64,000 nt of DNA from a virus (IMGVR_UViG_3300034374_009254:37259-101258), one strand, 5' to 3'. Shown: positions 1 to 10,964, numbered from the stretch's first letter. Notes: generated by a model not told the origin, from the letters alone. Program-made: numbers and translations.

Positions 1-412
1 TTAACTCATTTCCATTTGCATCTGTAAAACGATTTAAGTAAGAACTAGGAGTATCCGGATCAATACAAAATTGATGCTCATACTGAACATTATTTAAGGT
101 ATTTGCTCCGTGGCCTCCTTCGTAATGCCAGCAATACATTGTTTCGTCTGCAAGAACTTGACACATCGGAGTACCCGCGCGAAGAGTATATCCGTTACCG
201 TCTGTATTTCGAGTATAATTCGAAGAGTCATTATAGCCCATTTGTGCTTTCTTTTCAGACGAGGCCCTCATCTGAATAGTTCCATTAAAAATCGGAGCAA
301 GAGTAGTTTTGTCATAAGCATCGTGGTCCAAATAGATAGTATTCTTTCCAGGCCTTGGGTCCTCAAAAATTGTACAAACTCTAAAGGATCGTGCGTCTTT
401 AATCTTTGCCAT
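1..412 (-). CDS. Virion/tail-associated protein, partial (runs off window start)
   Basis: ATG at 412 preceded by AAGGAG; frame MAKIKDARSFRVCTIFEDPRPGKN... is open to position 1 (read manually). Confidence 0.75.
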   Translation of the reverse strand, partial: MAKIKDARSFRVCTIFEDPRPGKNTIYLDHDAYDKTTLAPIFNGTIQMRASSEKKAQMGYNDSSNYTRNTDGNGYTLRAGTPMCQVLADETMYCWHYEGGHGANTLNNVQYEHQFCIDPDTPSSYLNRFTDANGNEL

Positions 413-424
413 CAGTTTTTCTCC

Positions 425-655
425 TTAGGCCTGAGCTTGATACCAAGCTACTACTTCATTGAGGTCTGTCCAGTCTGCACGACTGCCATCATCTTGAGTT
501 TTCCAAGGTTGTAAGACCACAGATGTGTGATTATTTTCAGAATCTACTACAAAAATTTCTGCAACTCCGTCTGTAAGAGTTGCGTGAAAATTTTCAGTAA
601 CGTCAACAGGGTTTCCATCTTCATCTGGAACCTGTATAATTTTTGTAAAATCCAT
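425..655 (-). CDS. Small hypothetical protein in the tail fibre cluster
   Basis: 76-aa ORF, AAGGAG RBS, co-oriented with neighbours. Confidence 0.75.
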   Translation of the reverse strand: MDFTKIIQVPDEDGNPVDVTENFHATLTDGVAEIFVVDSENNHTSVVLQPWKTQDDGSRADWTDLNEVVAWYQAQA

Positions 656-666
656 AGATTATCTCC

Positions 667-2433
667 TTAAGTTCTCTTGTGGATAAATTGTAAATATAAA
701 TCTGAGCCAATAGCACTTGTACCAACATTTGTGATATCGACAGTTAAGTAGTCTCCTTCAGCCATTGTCAAAGTAGGATTGCTAACTGTTCCACTTGTGT
801 TTCCTGCAGAAACAGTTACTGTTTGAGCCGATGTTCCGTTTTTCTTTACATCTGCTACAACATCAGCATCCGCTAGACCCCCTAACTTCGCATTTATTTT
901 ACTAACTTCCAGATTGAATGGTGCATACCATCTTTTAGTCCCTGTTCCAACCTCTAAAGACCCGATTTTATGCATATTTATTGCTAACGGCGTATTATCT
1001 CTAACAGTTGCAGGTAAAGACGTCGTTGTTGCAAATTGAGTTGTATTTGTTTCTACAATTTTTTCAATTTTTGCTTGAAATTGAACAGTATCATCTAGAT
1101 ATTCTCCCATATCTTTTACTTTGAATTTGTCCGTTGTGGCATCATATACAAGACACAAGTTTCCAATATCTGCAACAGTAGGAACTGGCTTAACTTCTAC
1201 TGGAGTAACGTGTCCTTCTTGATCATGTTGAAAAAATAATCTATAGTTTCCATTTTCGTAAGTCTCTACTTCGAGAGGCTTAATATTTATTTGCCCTCGC
1301 ATAGCAGAATGATTACCGCACTGATAGTACAAAGTATCCGGCGCGTCGCTTGGAACTACAAATACTAAAGTTCCACTTTCGTTTCTGGAGCCTGTTACAC
1401 CGCTTGTATACTCTCCTATATAACTTCCTGCTGAAAAATTTGTTCCATCATCTGTTGTTAAGTAGAAAGGATGGCCCGAAAGAGAAGCGTCTAAATTGAA
1501 AGTATAAGTTCCTCCCTTGTAAAGAGGGCCAAGAGTAGGATTGTTTCCAGAAGCAGTTCCACTAAAGGTGTAGTACCCTGTCGTTGCAAATTCAACATCA
1601 TAAGTTACAGTGGGAGCAGTAAGAGTAGGTGCTGTAATTGTTGAGGGTACAGCAATAACAAGTCTTTGAACTTCAGTAGCTTGTCCTCCATTTATTGCAG
1701 GATTTGTAACTCCTGTAACATTAAGTGTGGAAGTAGACCAACTTACATTATTATCTGTGCCTGCACCTTCAATCCACTTTAAATAAATTTTATGAGTTTG
1801 AGTCATACTACCATGAAGGTCGTGTGCCGCAAAATTATTTACTGTATAAGTTCCCTGATTATATAAAGGTACTACAGATTGCTGTTGATTTTCAATCTTT
1901 GTTCTAGCATAAGCTACTGTTCCTGCATCCCAAGTCCATAGCCAATCTGCCCCATGGCCTGCCGTAGGATCGTCTACATTAATTGTAAATGTTTCTGGAG
2001 TAATTGAAAGGTCTACTTCAAAACCTGGATTAGTTGCTAAATCTTGTTGTACTTGAGTAAAATTAACGGCACCTGCTGTAGTTGCTGTAGTAGTAGTTTT
2101 TCCATCTTGAGTTACAACTAAAGCTGTAGGGTTTGGAACTTCTGTAGTAGGTGGAGGAATAATTGCAATATTACCATTTGTTTCATCTGTTGTAATTTTT
2201 GCATCCCCGAGATTAATTGTTCCCGCAGATACATACAAGTCTCTCCACTTATTTGTAGAAGACCCCAGATCATAAACTTCATTTCCTACAGGAAGCCAAT
2301 GTTGTCCAACATTTACAGGCAGTCCTTCTGGATCTGGAGTCCAAGCGCCCACAGTAGAGTCATAAGTAAATGTCTTACCTCCTGAGGTATGTGTGTCGCC
2401 GTTATTTGGACTGTCTGGAAAATTTATTGCCAT
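667..2433 (-). CDS. Modular tail fibre/virion protein with cupredoxin-like domain
   Basis: N-terminal NFPDSPxNGD module; YDLGSSTNKWRDLY fibre motif; GHPFYL...YYQCGNHSAM type-1 copper ligand pattern. Confidence 0.75.
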   Translation of the reverse strand: MAINFPDSPNNGDTHTSGGKTFTYDSTVGAWTPDPEGLPVNVGQHWLPVGNEVYDLGSSTNKWRDLYVSAGTINLGDAKITTDETNGNIAIIPPPTTEVPNPTALVVTQDGKTTTTATTAGAVNFTQVQQDLATNPGFEVDLSITPETFTINVDDPTAGHGADWLWTWDAGTVAYARTKIENQQQSVVPLYNQGTYTVNNFAAHDLHGSMTQTHKIYLKWIEGAGTDNNVSWSTSTLNVTGVTNPAINGGQATEVQRLVIAVPSTITAPTLTAPTVTYDVEFATTGYYTFSGTASGNNPTLGPLYKGGTYTFNLDASLSGHPFYLTTDDGTNFSAGSYIGEYTSGVTGSRNESGTLVFVVPSDAPDTLYYQCGNHSAMRGQINIKPLEVETYENGNYRLFFQHDQEGHVTPVEVKPVPTVADIGNLCLVYDATTDKFKVKDMGEYLDDTVQFQAKIEKIVETNTTQFATTTSLPATVRDNTPLAINMHKIGSLEVGTGTKRWYAPFNLEVSKINAKLGGLADADVVADVKKNGTSAQTVTVSAGNTSGTVSNPTLTMAEGDYLTVDITNVGTSAIGSDLYLQFIHKRT

Positions 2434-2443
2434 TGTTTACTCC

Positions 2444-3658
2444 TTAAGGTAGATCAGCTCCATAATACTGAATACTATCTTTGGTGCCATCTTGTGCTGT
2501 AATAAAATACATTCCTGAAAATGTATCTAAATTATAAGTTCCTGCTGAAACATCTTTTCGATATACATTTACCGCACCTTGTCCAGGTATAGCATCAGAA
2601 GAAAGAGTTGCATGGGAAGTATATGTATTTATATCAGATACTGCATTCCAAGAAGAATCGTTTCTTAATAGCCAAATTCTAACCGGGCCATCAAAAGTTA
2701 TAGATCCTGCATCCGCTTGGCCACTATTTACATCTGTAGTACCCCAAGCCCCTTCTAAATATGGAGCAAGCGTAGATAAATTACTTGCATAAGCGACCCA
2801 GTTACCTCCATTTGCAGTTAGTGTTAAGCCGTCTGTTATTTTTGCCATCGGAGCTAGAGAATGATGTTGCCAATTAGTAATATCTGCAACAATAAAGCTC
2901 AAACTGAAGTCTACAAAACGAGTTGTAATTCTTGCTCCATCCGACGCACTTAAACGTGCTCGAAAAGTTCCTGCATTTGCTTTTGTAGTAGTTGGCGTAA
3001 AAGTATATACACCGGTACTTTGATTTATAGTTGTATCTGCACTAAGCTGGGAAGGTCTTGCATTATTCGCAGTTTTATAAGCAATTCCATAAGTAATATC
3101 AAAACCTTCGGGGTCTTGTGCCACCATTGTAACTGTACTTGTAGTTCCATCACTATTTAATTCTTGTGTAGTAGGCGGCTCTGTAGTAATTACAGGACTT
3201 TCATCATTTCCTGCAGCTATTCGATCCCACTCTGTACCATCCCATACATAAAGTGTTTTTGTATCAGAAGTAAAAGCAAAATCTCCTACAGTATTTCCGC
3301 TAGTAGGAACTGCTGCAAAATTTGCATAAGCAGTTACAGAAGAACCATCAGCACCATCAGCACCATCAGCACCATTGGCTCCTGCGGGTCCTGCAGGTCC
3401 TGCGGGTCCAGATACACCTACCCATTGACTTGAAGATCCGTCACTATAGTAAACATAAAGACTACTAACATCTGTACGATACCACAAGTCTCCCGCTTTT
3501 GGATTTAAAGGAGCAGTATCAGAAGAAGTAACTGTCGCGGGCAAAACTCCTACAGCAGTATCCTTCCATACTCCTTTTGTCGAGTTATAGGCATACGTTA
3601 CACCATTTAGTGTAAATGTATCTCCGTTACTCGGACTATCTGGAAAATTATATGCCAT
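2444..3658 (-). CDS. Modular tail fibre/adaptor protein with short collagen segment and Ig/cadherin-like domain
   Basis: NFPDSPSNGD module, APxxPxxGDLW...QWV module, GPA/GAD triplets, DPEGFDITY domain shared with the next two genes. Confidence 0.75.
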   Translation of the reverse strand: MAYNFPDSPSNGDTFTLNGVTYAYNSTKGVWKDTAVGVLPATVTSSDTAPLNPKAGDLWYRTDVSSLYVYYSDGSSSQWVGVSGPAGPAGPAGANGADGADGADGSSVTAYANFAAVPTSGNTVGDFAFTSDTKTLYVWDGTEWDRIAAGNDESPVITTEPPTTQELNSDGTTSTVTMVAQDPEGFDITYGIAYKTANNARPSQLSADTTINQSTGVYTFTPTTTKANAGTFRARLSASDGARITTRFVDFSLSFIVADITNWQHHSLAPMAKITDGLTLTANGGNWVAYASNLSTLAPYLEGAWGTTDVNSGQADAGSITFDGPVRIWLLRNDSSWNAVSDINTYTSHATLSSDAIPGQGAVNVYRKDVSAGTYNLDTFSGMYFITAQDGTKDSIQYYGADLP

Positions 3659-3667
3659 TTTTACTCC

Positions 3668-4969
3668 TTATACAAATGTGATCGTGCAAGATCCGTTACT
3701 ATTTGCGGTTCCTCCACTTGTTGTAGTGCTTCCATTAGTAACTACATTTGAATCAAAATATCCTGAGCCACCCGCTCCTCCAGACCCTGCGTCGGGAAAT
3801 ACAATAGCTCCCCCGCCTCCGCCATAGTAGCCACCACCCCCACCTCCAGCTCCGCCGCCCGAAGGAAAGAAGCAACCTATGCCGCCATTTCCAAATCCCG
3901 GGCCAGAGTTTGCCGGATTGGGATTAGTATAACCTCCTCCCGATGAAGTTCCTGCAGGTGCCGCACCACCATTTCTTCCGGATCCAGGATTTCCATTGTA
4001 TCTATTACCTCCAGCACCTCCACCTGCACCGGTTTGAGTACCTCCTCCCGCTGGAGTATCATTTGAGTTGGTGCTAGTGTCACTACCAGCACCTCCTGTA
4101 GTGCCTCCACCCCCGCCGGTTTGAGTGCCTCCATTCATGCTACCGCCACCACCACCAGCTACCATTATAGGAACTTCTCCAGAACCGTAAGTACCTGTGT
4201 AAATGCCAGTACCTTCTCCGCCATTTCCTCCATATCTTGAATCTGTGCCATTATTACCTTTAGCCCCTACTAAAAGATTAATACTTGAATTCGCAGCAAG
4301 AGTATATCTACCTGATGTAAGCCCTCCTGCACCCCCGCCTAACCCATCGCTACTTCTACCTCCACCTGCTCCACCTTCTAAATCAAAATCTAAATCAAAA
4401 TCAGCGGCAGTATTATTACTTAAAGTATAAACGGTATTAGCTGCAAATCCTGTTACACTTCCTGATGTAAAAGTTGTATTTCCACTTACTGCAGGAGATA
4501 CTGTAAGTGTAGCAAAAGCAAGATATACAGTCGACGTTGTTCGTACTACTTTTCTTCCATCGTCTGCTTTAATTCTTAGTGTAAAGTTTCCCGCATTAGC
4601 AGAATTTGTAGATGGTGTAATTGTAAAAGTTCCATCATTATTATTTACAATTGTTGCTTGTGACTGATCTGCTGGAAGCACGTCATAGCTATATGTTACA
4701 GGAAACCCTTCTGGGTCCGAAGCCGCTACCGTAACTGTAGTAGCTGTACCATCAGATGCAAGAACATAAGAAGATTGTGCTTCTGTAGTAAAAATTAGAC
4801 CTGCATCAGGACCAGAAGCTACACGATCCCACCTACTACCTTTCCAAACATGCAAAGTTCCTGTTGCTTGATCTACAATAATTTCACCTGTATTACCGCT
4901 TGCAGGAAAACTTGCAGAGTTTGCAAAACTTTTTTTACCTCTTGCTTTTATGTCTGAATAGTTTGCCAT
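3668..4969 (-). CDS. Glycine-rich putative adhesin/receptor-binding protein
   Basis: Shared N-terminal module plus C-terminal GGGGGxYGGGGG-type Gly-rich domain. Confidence 0.7.
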   Translation of the reverse strand: MANYSDIKARGKKSFANSASFPASGNTGEIIVDQATGTLHVWKGSRWDRVASGPDAGLIFTTEAQSSYVLASDGTATTVTVAASDPEGFPVTYSYDVLPADQSQATIVNNNDGTFTITPSTNSANAGNFTLRIKADDGRKVVRTTSTVYLAFATLTVSPAVSGNTTFTSGSVTGFAANTVYTLSNNTAADFDLDFDLEGGAGGGRSSDGLGGGAGGLTSGRYTLAANSSINLLVGAKGNNGTDSRYGGNGGEGTGIYTGTYGSGEVPIMVAGGGGGSMNGGTQTGGGGGTTGGAGSDTSTNSNDTPAGGGTQTGAGGGAGGNRYNGNPGSGRNGGAAPAGTSSGGGYTNPNPANSGPGFGNGGIGCFFPSGGGAGGGGGGYYGGGGGAIVFPDAGSGGAGGSGYFDSNVVTNGSTTTSGGTANSNGSCTITFV

Positions 4970-6219
4970 TATGGTACCGGTGTCATCACAATTTTGCCGC
5001 CTGCTTGTTCTGCTCCTCCCGCCGTGTTAGAAACTGAAGTTGCTCCATTTCCTATAAAACCGGAGCCACCGCCACCGCCTGCACCACCCGCAGAAGCGCC
5101 TCCGCCTCCACCGCCGTAGTAGCCTCCGCCACCACCACCTTGCCAGCCGTCTCCACCTTTGTATCCTCCTCTACCTCCAGGAGCCCATCCATCACCTCCT
5201 GGACCATTTGTAGAGTTATAGAATCCATTGCCTCCTTGTCTAAAAGAGCCCGCGCTACCGCTTCCACGATCGCCAGATCCTCCACCGCCTCCAGCAGTTT
5301 GAGTACCTCCACCGCCTCCGTATGCGTTCCAACCACTTACTTTTGTTCCGCCACCGCCCGAGTCACCTCCTCCATTACCTCCTGTAGTATTACCACTACC
5401 GCCACCACCACCGCCTACGATATATGGAGTATCTGCATTTGTACTACTATAAACTGCAGAAGCCCCTCCTCCAGACCCCGTACCAGGCGCAGCAGCTCCT
5501 ACACGTAATTTAATGGATCCGCCCGCAGGAATAGAATAAGTAGCAATAGCACGACCTCCCGTACCGGCAGAACTGCCACCTTGAACATGTCCTGAACCTC
5601 CTTGTACATCAAACTGAAGTACGACAGCATTAGTATTATTATTTGTAACTGTGTATTCTTGGGTTGTATCAGTCAAAGAAATTGAAGCTGCTCCATTAAC
5701 TGAGTCCCAGCTACTAGCTCCATCTATAGAGGGGCTGAAGTCAAGAAGGCCAGAATAGAAAGATAAATTCATAGTGCTTGTTTTTGAAGATACATTCACA
5801 CCGTCACTTGCTTTAAATCTTAAACTAAACGTGCCGGCATCTGCCTCCGTAGTAGTAGGTGTTACAGTAAAGGTTCCACCGCTATTTGTGATTGTAGCCT
5901 GTGCTTGATTACTTGGAACAGTATCATGTGAATATGTTATTGGAAATCCTTCTGGATCAGTCGCAGCAACAGTAATCACTGTTGCAGTACCGTCATCATT
6001 TAAGTCATAACTTGCAGCGGGTTCTGTTGTAAACTCTGGAAGTTCGTCTGCTCCAGAAGCTACACGATCCCACTCTGATCCATCCCAGACATAAATACCT
6101 CCAGTATCTAAAGCAAGTACAAGGTCTCCTGCACTATTTCCACTGGAAGGAAACGCAGCAAAGTTTGCATAAGATTTAACTATTGCTCCGCTTGCTTTTA
6201 CGTCAGAATAATTTGCCAT
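4969..6219 (-). CDS. Glycine-rich putative adhesin, paralog of 3668-4969
   Basis: Start MANYSDVKA (cf. MANYSDIKA of the paralog) at 6219 overlaps the upstream stop; same architecture. Confidence 0.7.
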   Translation of the reverse strand: MANYSDVKASGAIVKSYANFAAFPSSGNSAGDLVLALDTGGIYVWDGSEWDRVASGADELPEFTTEPAASYDLNDDGTATVITVAATDPEGFPITYSHDTVPSNQAQATITNSGGTFTVTPTTTEADAGTFSLRFKASDGVNVSSKTSTMNLSFYSGLLDFSPSIDGASSWDSVNGAASISLTDTTQEYTVTNNNTNAVVLQFDVQGGSGHVQGGSSAGTGGRAIATYSIPAGGSIKLRVGAAAPGTGSGGGASAVYSSTNADTPYIVGGGGGGSGNTTGGNGGGDSGGGGTKVSGWNAYGGGGGTQTAGGGGGSGDRGSGSAGSFRQGGNGFYNSTNGPGGDGWAPGGRGGYKGGDGWQGGGGGGYYGGGGGGASAGGAGGGGGSGFIGNGATSVSNTAGGAEQAGGKIVMTPVP

Positions 6220-9200
6220 TATCGCTCCGTCATTACCCAACCTTGAGTAGCATTATAGTATACTAATCCAAAGGCTGCTCTATCTACATCAATTGTTAAA
6301 TCTGTTGCGCTACCTTCAATATTATGTCCATTTCGTGCTATTGTAATATTATTTGTTGCCGCATTTCCAGTACCATCAATAATTCTTATTTCATCGCCAA
6401 GTACTGCAGCTACAGGAAGTGTAACTGTTACTGCAGTTGAAGTATCTACAATCAACCTGTCTCCAGCTTCTGCAGTATAGGCTGCTGTTTTCTCTGCCCA
6501 AGTACTACTACTTCCACCCCCAGAAGGATTAGTTTTTACCCATTGAGTAGATGAACCATCATCAATGTATACATACAAGAAAAGATCGTCATCGTCAAAC
6601 CACAGGTCCCCTGCCGTTGGCGAAGTAGGTGCGGTATTCCCTACAGTTACAGAGGCACCACCACTTGAGCCTCCTGAGCTACCGCCCGCTCCAGAGGGAT
6701 TAGTTTGTACCCATTGATTTGATGTGCCGTCATTGTAGTATACATATAATACTAAATCTACATCGTCAAACCATAGATCTCCTGCGGACGGACTACTCGG
6801 AGCTGTTCCTGATACGGTTACAGAAGCTCCGCCTCCGCCTCCAAGTCCTGAGATTGCAGCTTGAACAAACGCAGTAGTTGCAATTTGAGTTGTATTCGTA
6901 CCACTTGTAGCAGTAGGTGCAGTAGGTGTCCCTGTCAGTGCAGGATCTGCAAGAGGTGCTTTTAAAGCTAGATTATTTGTTACTGTTGTAGAAAAGTTTG
7001 CATCATCCCCCAAAGCTGCTGCAAGTTCATTGAGAGTGTCTAAAGCTCCTGGCGCTGAATCTATAAGATTTGCAATTTCTGTATCTACATAGGAAACAGA
7101 AGCAGCATCAGTAATACCATAACCTGCCAAGGTAGTAGGAGTACCTGTAAGGCTACTCCAAGCTCCGTCAAAAATTTGAGAGTTATTTGCAAGTTCTACC
7201 CAGTTACCTGCATGAGCAAAATAGGCTTTTCCTGTTCCATGAACGTGTGCAAACATACCATGATAGGTTGATGCACTTGGTAAGTCTCCTGTAGTTGCAA
7301 ACATATTTGCATAGTACGCCTTACCTGTAGTAATAAAATCGTTGCTACCAATATCTATATCTAATAAAGTACTAGCACCATCTGTAATACCATATCCTGC
7401 AAGAGTAGTGGGCTTTCCAGTAATTGTACTAAATGTTACGGGCTTATCAAATGTGCCTCTAGAATCTGATACCTGTATGGAAGTTGCATTGAGTGCTTTA
7501 CCAGCAATAACAGTACTAACAGTAGTAGAAATAGTGCCGTTATCTTGTACATACATTGTTGTATCAGGAGTAAGCGATGAGTGTACATCACTAATTGCTC
7601 CAGCAAGCATTACAGTTACTGTATCGCCATCTGCAACAGTTGATTGTGCAATTCCTAAGTAAGAATCTTTTGTACTTGCAGCAGAAGTACGGAAAAACGA
7701 AGTATAGATATTACTATTATTACTAGGATAAGTGTCCCTATCGCTAGATACCATTGCAAGATAGCCCGCAGGATCATTCTCCCCCGCAGGGAATCTTAGC
7801 GAAGCACTACCATAATCTCTTGTTACTACTAGAGTAGCTCCTAGCTCATTTGCAAATACCCCAGAAGTCGAAACAGATGCTAAAGCTCTATGAATAGTTC
7901 CATCATCATATTTTGTAAGAATACCAAACTTATCATCTGTTTTTGAACACTTTATTGTATGCTCTAAGATATAATAATTTGCATTATTATTTCCAGGCCC
8001 CATACTAAGTACATTTGATTCTGCGTTTGAAGCAAATGCAAAAGTACTTCCATTAAAAGTAGAGCTTCTCATCATTAAATCGACAGGAGCCCCTACATAC
8101 CAATAATTTCTTCGGCTAGAAATGAGCATTTCAGAGCCTACGTGGTAGAATATTTGATTTCCGTTAGTTGCCCAAGTCGTATTTGTTGCAGCAGTAGACC
8201 AAGTAATACTTGTTCCAGAAATTGTACCAATCGAGTATGTTACAGTTCCTCCAGAAAGAGAAGCTGCAACCAATTTATTATAAAGTTTTGACCACTCAAA
8301 AGCTCCATAAGCTGGAGTAAGACCAATTGCTATTGCGCTACCAAAAGTAATTGTAGTTCCTGATACTGTTACAAAATGACAGTCAGAACCATTTAATGCA
8401 ATTAAATCACCAGTTTCAGTAGTAATAATTTTACTATACGCACCCACATTATTTGCGGGACCTATAGATAAAGTTCCTGAACTATTTGTAACAATATAAG
8501 AATTCGTTCCAACTTTAAGAATACCTGTTGAAGTCCCATTAATATGAAAATACTTATCAGGAGTAAGACTAGATAAAAGAGTTTGAGGAGTTCCAGGACT
8601 AAAAGTTAGAGTAGCAAGATTTGTATTCCAAATTACACCTACAGTTTGACCACTAGTATTCTGATAAAATTGTTGGTATACTCCGTCTTGATCGTTGTAA
8701 TCAAGAGCATCTTTTTGAGTATAATAATGAGTAGTGCTACTACTATTTGCCAATTGCGCATGAGCGCCTGCTACAGGCGCTGTAGCTACTGCCGTTACCT
8801 CTCCAGTAGTTGCTCCAAGAGTTACTGCAGTTCCAGAAGTAATTGCACCATCTGCAATAAAATCTATTTGAGAGTCTCCGCCTGATGTACTAAATCCTGC
8901 GATCTCTCCTTGTACAAATGCAGTTGTTGCAAGTTGTGTGCTACTATCTCCTGTTGTTGCCGTCGGGGCTGCGGGAGTACCTGTAAATGTTGGAGAAGCT
9001 AAAGGTGCAGCATCTGTGATACCATATCCTGAAAGAGTAGTAGGAGTACCTGTTAGTGAGCTAAACGCTGCGTCAAAAGTACTGTAGTCAGTGCCTGCCA
9101 CCGCTGCACTAATATTTCCTGCTCCGTCTGCTTTTACAATGCCATTAATTGCACCGACTACAGGATCAGTTTCTGTATAACTTGTGAGATAGCTACTTAA

Positions 9201-10964
9201 ATCGGCGGGAGTAAATGTAAATACGCCCGTAGTATTATTATATGATAATCCACCGTTAGAATTTGGAGTGCCAGTAGTTACACTAAAACTATTAAGACTA
9301 GCATTTCCAAAACTAGAAGTATCTGCAGGAGTAAAGGTAAATACACCTGTAGTATTATTATAGCTAAGGGCGCCTCCTGAAGATGCACTCACAGTACTTA
9401 CACTTAAATCCGTAAGTTCAATATCATTTGCCACTGCGGTCTGTACAAACTCCGTTGTAGCAATTTGAGTAGTGTTTGTTCCACTTGTTGCTGTCGGAGC
9501 TGTTGGAGTACCTGTTAATGCAGGATCTGCTAAAGGAGCTTTGGTTGCTAAACTATTTGTAACTGTAGTTGCAAAATTTGCATCATCATTTAATGCTGCG
9601 GCTAATTCATTTAAGGTATCTAAACTTGTAGGCGCAGAGTCTACAAGATTTGCAATTTCGGTATCAACATATAGCTGAGTTGCATAAGTGCTTAAATTAA
9701 CAGGAGTAAAGTCAAATACGCCTGTAGATGAGTTATATGATAAAGCATTCGTTCCTGCTGCTAACGTATTAACAGAAAAATCTTGTAGTTCTGTTTTTGT
9801 ACTAGAAAGAGCATATAAATCTATAGTAGAAGTTGAGTATAAGAATAGTGTTGAAGCTGACTGTGCTACACCTATTTTTACATCATTATCAAATTGTCTA
9901 CTATTACGAAGAGTTCCTGTTACTCCAATAAATACTTCATCTCCTGCAGTCAGCCCAGAGAGTCCAGTAACTGGACCTGAAATAATAACTTCTACAGAGT
10001 TGCCTGTAGATGCTGTAGAATTTGCAAAACCTATGAAAGTATCATTAGAAGTACTTATTGTAGAAACAGTACCATCACTGTTTAAAACAAGAGCATCTTT
10101 AGCCGTAATATTTCCAGATGCAGTTAAAGACGTTTTTAAAGAGCGATTAGGTCCAGAGGTAGTAGCCCCCACACCTTTATCTAGTTCTGTTGAAATTAAG
10201 TTTCGTGGTACTACACTATCATCATCACCAATTGATGAATTTACAGGAAGTACTAAACCACCTGCAGTACCTTGAGAAAGACCTGCGGTACCAATAAAAA
10301 CAGTATTATTTGCAAAGTGGCCTTCCTTAAAAGGCTTAGCTGCTGTACCAATTGTTGAATTTAACCCTACAGGAATTATAGAATTAACATACAAAGTATC
10401 CCAAGGACTAGTACTATTACCTAAGTTATTTACAGCATTAACATTAGAGCTAAGAGGTGATACATCTCCTACAACATTTTCTAGATGATATGTTACATAG
10501 CCTGAAGTAACTATTGTTGATGTATTAGCTTGGGCTTGCGTATAGCTTAGTGATTGTATATACTGTGGTACAGTAAAAGTATTAGAAGCGGATAAATCAG
10601 CTTTAGTAGCTAGGTCAGCAAAAAGTGCTGCATTTCCCAGTTGAGAATCATTTTGAACACTTAAAATAGGAGCAACTACGTCCTGAACAAACTGTGTATT
10701 AGCTATACTAATACTATCGTCTGAGGCCGCAATTGTCCTATTTAAAGTTGCATTTCCTGTTAATGAAGGGGCTGCCAATGGTGCCAGAGTAGCACTTGCA
10801 TACTGCTCAAATTGAATAATGGCTTCTTTTAAGTTGATAAAATTTGTATCAACTTCTAAAACAGAAAGCAGTCTGTTAACAGCATTCGAGCTGCTACCAT
10901 CACTATACGATTGAGCAGTATCTTTTGTTACAATAACAATGTTAGTGCCGATATGTGCAGACAT
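6219..10964 (-). CDS. Long tail fibre protein (1581 aa)
   Basis: Two LDTLNELAAAL-DDANF-APLADPALTGTPTAPT repeats; TPTTLAGYGITD repeats; two GDLW modules; C-terminal domain of the type seen in T4-like fibre/baseplate proteins. Confidence 0.85.
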   Translation of the reverse strand: MSAHIGTNIVIVTKDTAQSYSDGSSSNAVNRLLSVLEVDTNFINLKEAIIQFEQYASATLAPLAAPSLTGNATLNRTIAASDDSISIANTQFVQDVVAPILSVQNDSQLGNAALFADLATKADLSASNTFTVPQYIQSLSYTQAQANTSTIVTSGYVTYHLENVVGDVSPLSSNVNAVNNLGNSTSPWDTLYVNSIIPVGLNSTIGTAAKPFKEGHFANNTVFIGTAGLSQGTAGGLVLPVNSSIGDDDSVVPRNLISTELDKGVGATTSGPNRSLKTSLTASGNITAKDALVLNSDGTVSTISTSNDTFIGFANSTASTGNSVEVIISGPVTGLSGLTAGDEVFIGVTGTLRNSRQFDNDVKIGVAQSASTLFLYSTSTIDLYALSSTKTELQDFSVNTLAAGTNALSYNSSTGVFDFTPVNLSTYATQLYVDTEIANLVDSAPTSLDTLNELAAALNDDANFATTVTNSLATKAPLADPALTGTPTAPTATSGTNTTQIATTEFVQTAVANDIELTDLSVSTVSASSGGALSYNNTTGVFTFTPADTSSFGNASLNSFSVTTGTPNSNGGLSYNNTTGVFTFTPADLSSYLTSYTETDPVVGAINGIVKADGAGNISAAVAGTDYSTFDAAFSSLTGTPTTLSGYGITDAAPLASPTFTGTPAAPTATTGDSSTQLATTAFVQGEIAGFSTSGGDSQIDFIADGAITSGTAVTLGATTGEVTAVATAPVAGAHAQLANSSSTTHYYTQKDALDYNDQDGVYQQFYQNTSGQTVGVIWNTNLATLTFSPGTPQTLLSSLTPDKYFHINGTSTGILKVGTNSYIVTNSSGTLSIGPANNVGAYSKIITTETGDLIALNGSDCHFVTVSGTTITFGSAIAIGLTPAYGAFEWSKLYNKLVAASLSGGTVTYSIGTISGTSITWSTAATNTTWATNGNQIFYHVGSEMLISSRRNYWYVGAPVDLMMRSSTFNGSTFAFASNAESNVLSMGPGNNNANYYILEHTIKCSKTDDKFGILTKYDDGTIHRALASVSTSGVFANELGATLVVTRDYGSASLRFPAGENDPAGYLAMVSSDRDTYPSNNSNIYTSFFRTSAASTKDSYLGIAQSTVADGDTVTVMLAGAISDVHSSLTPDTTMYVQDNGTISTTVSTVIAGKALNATSIQVSDSRGTFDKPVTFSTITGKPTTLAGYGITDGASTLLDIDIGSNDFITTGKAYYANMFATTGDLPSASTYHGMFAHVHGTGKAYFAHAGNWVELANNSQIFDGAWSSLTGTPTTLAGYGITDAASVSYVDTEIANLIDSAPGALDTLNELAAALGDDANFSTTVTNNLALKAPLADPALTGTPTAPTATSGTNTTQIATTAFVQAAISGLGGGGGASVTVSGTAPSSPSAGDLWFDDVDLVLYVYYNDGTSNQWVQTNPSGAGGSSGGSSGGASVTVGNTAPTSPTAGDLWFDDDDLFLYVYIDDGSSTQWVKTNPSGGGSSSTWAEKTAAYTAEAGDRLIVDTSTAVTVTLPVAAVLGDEIRIIDGTGNAATNNITIARNGHNIEGSATDLTIDVDRAAFGLVYYNATQGWVMTER

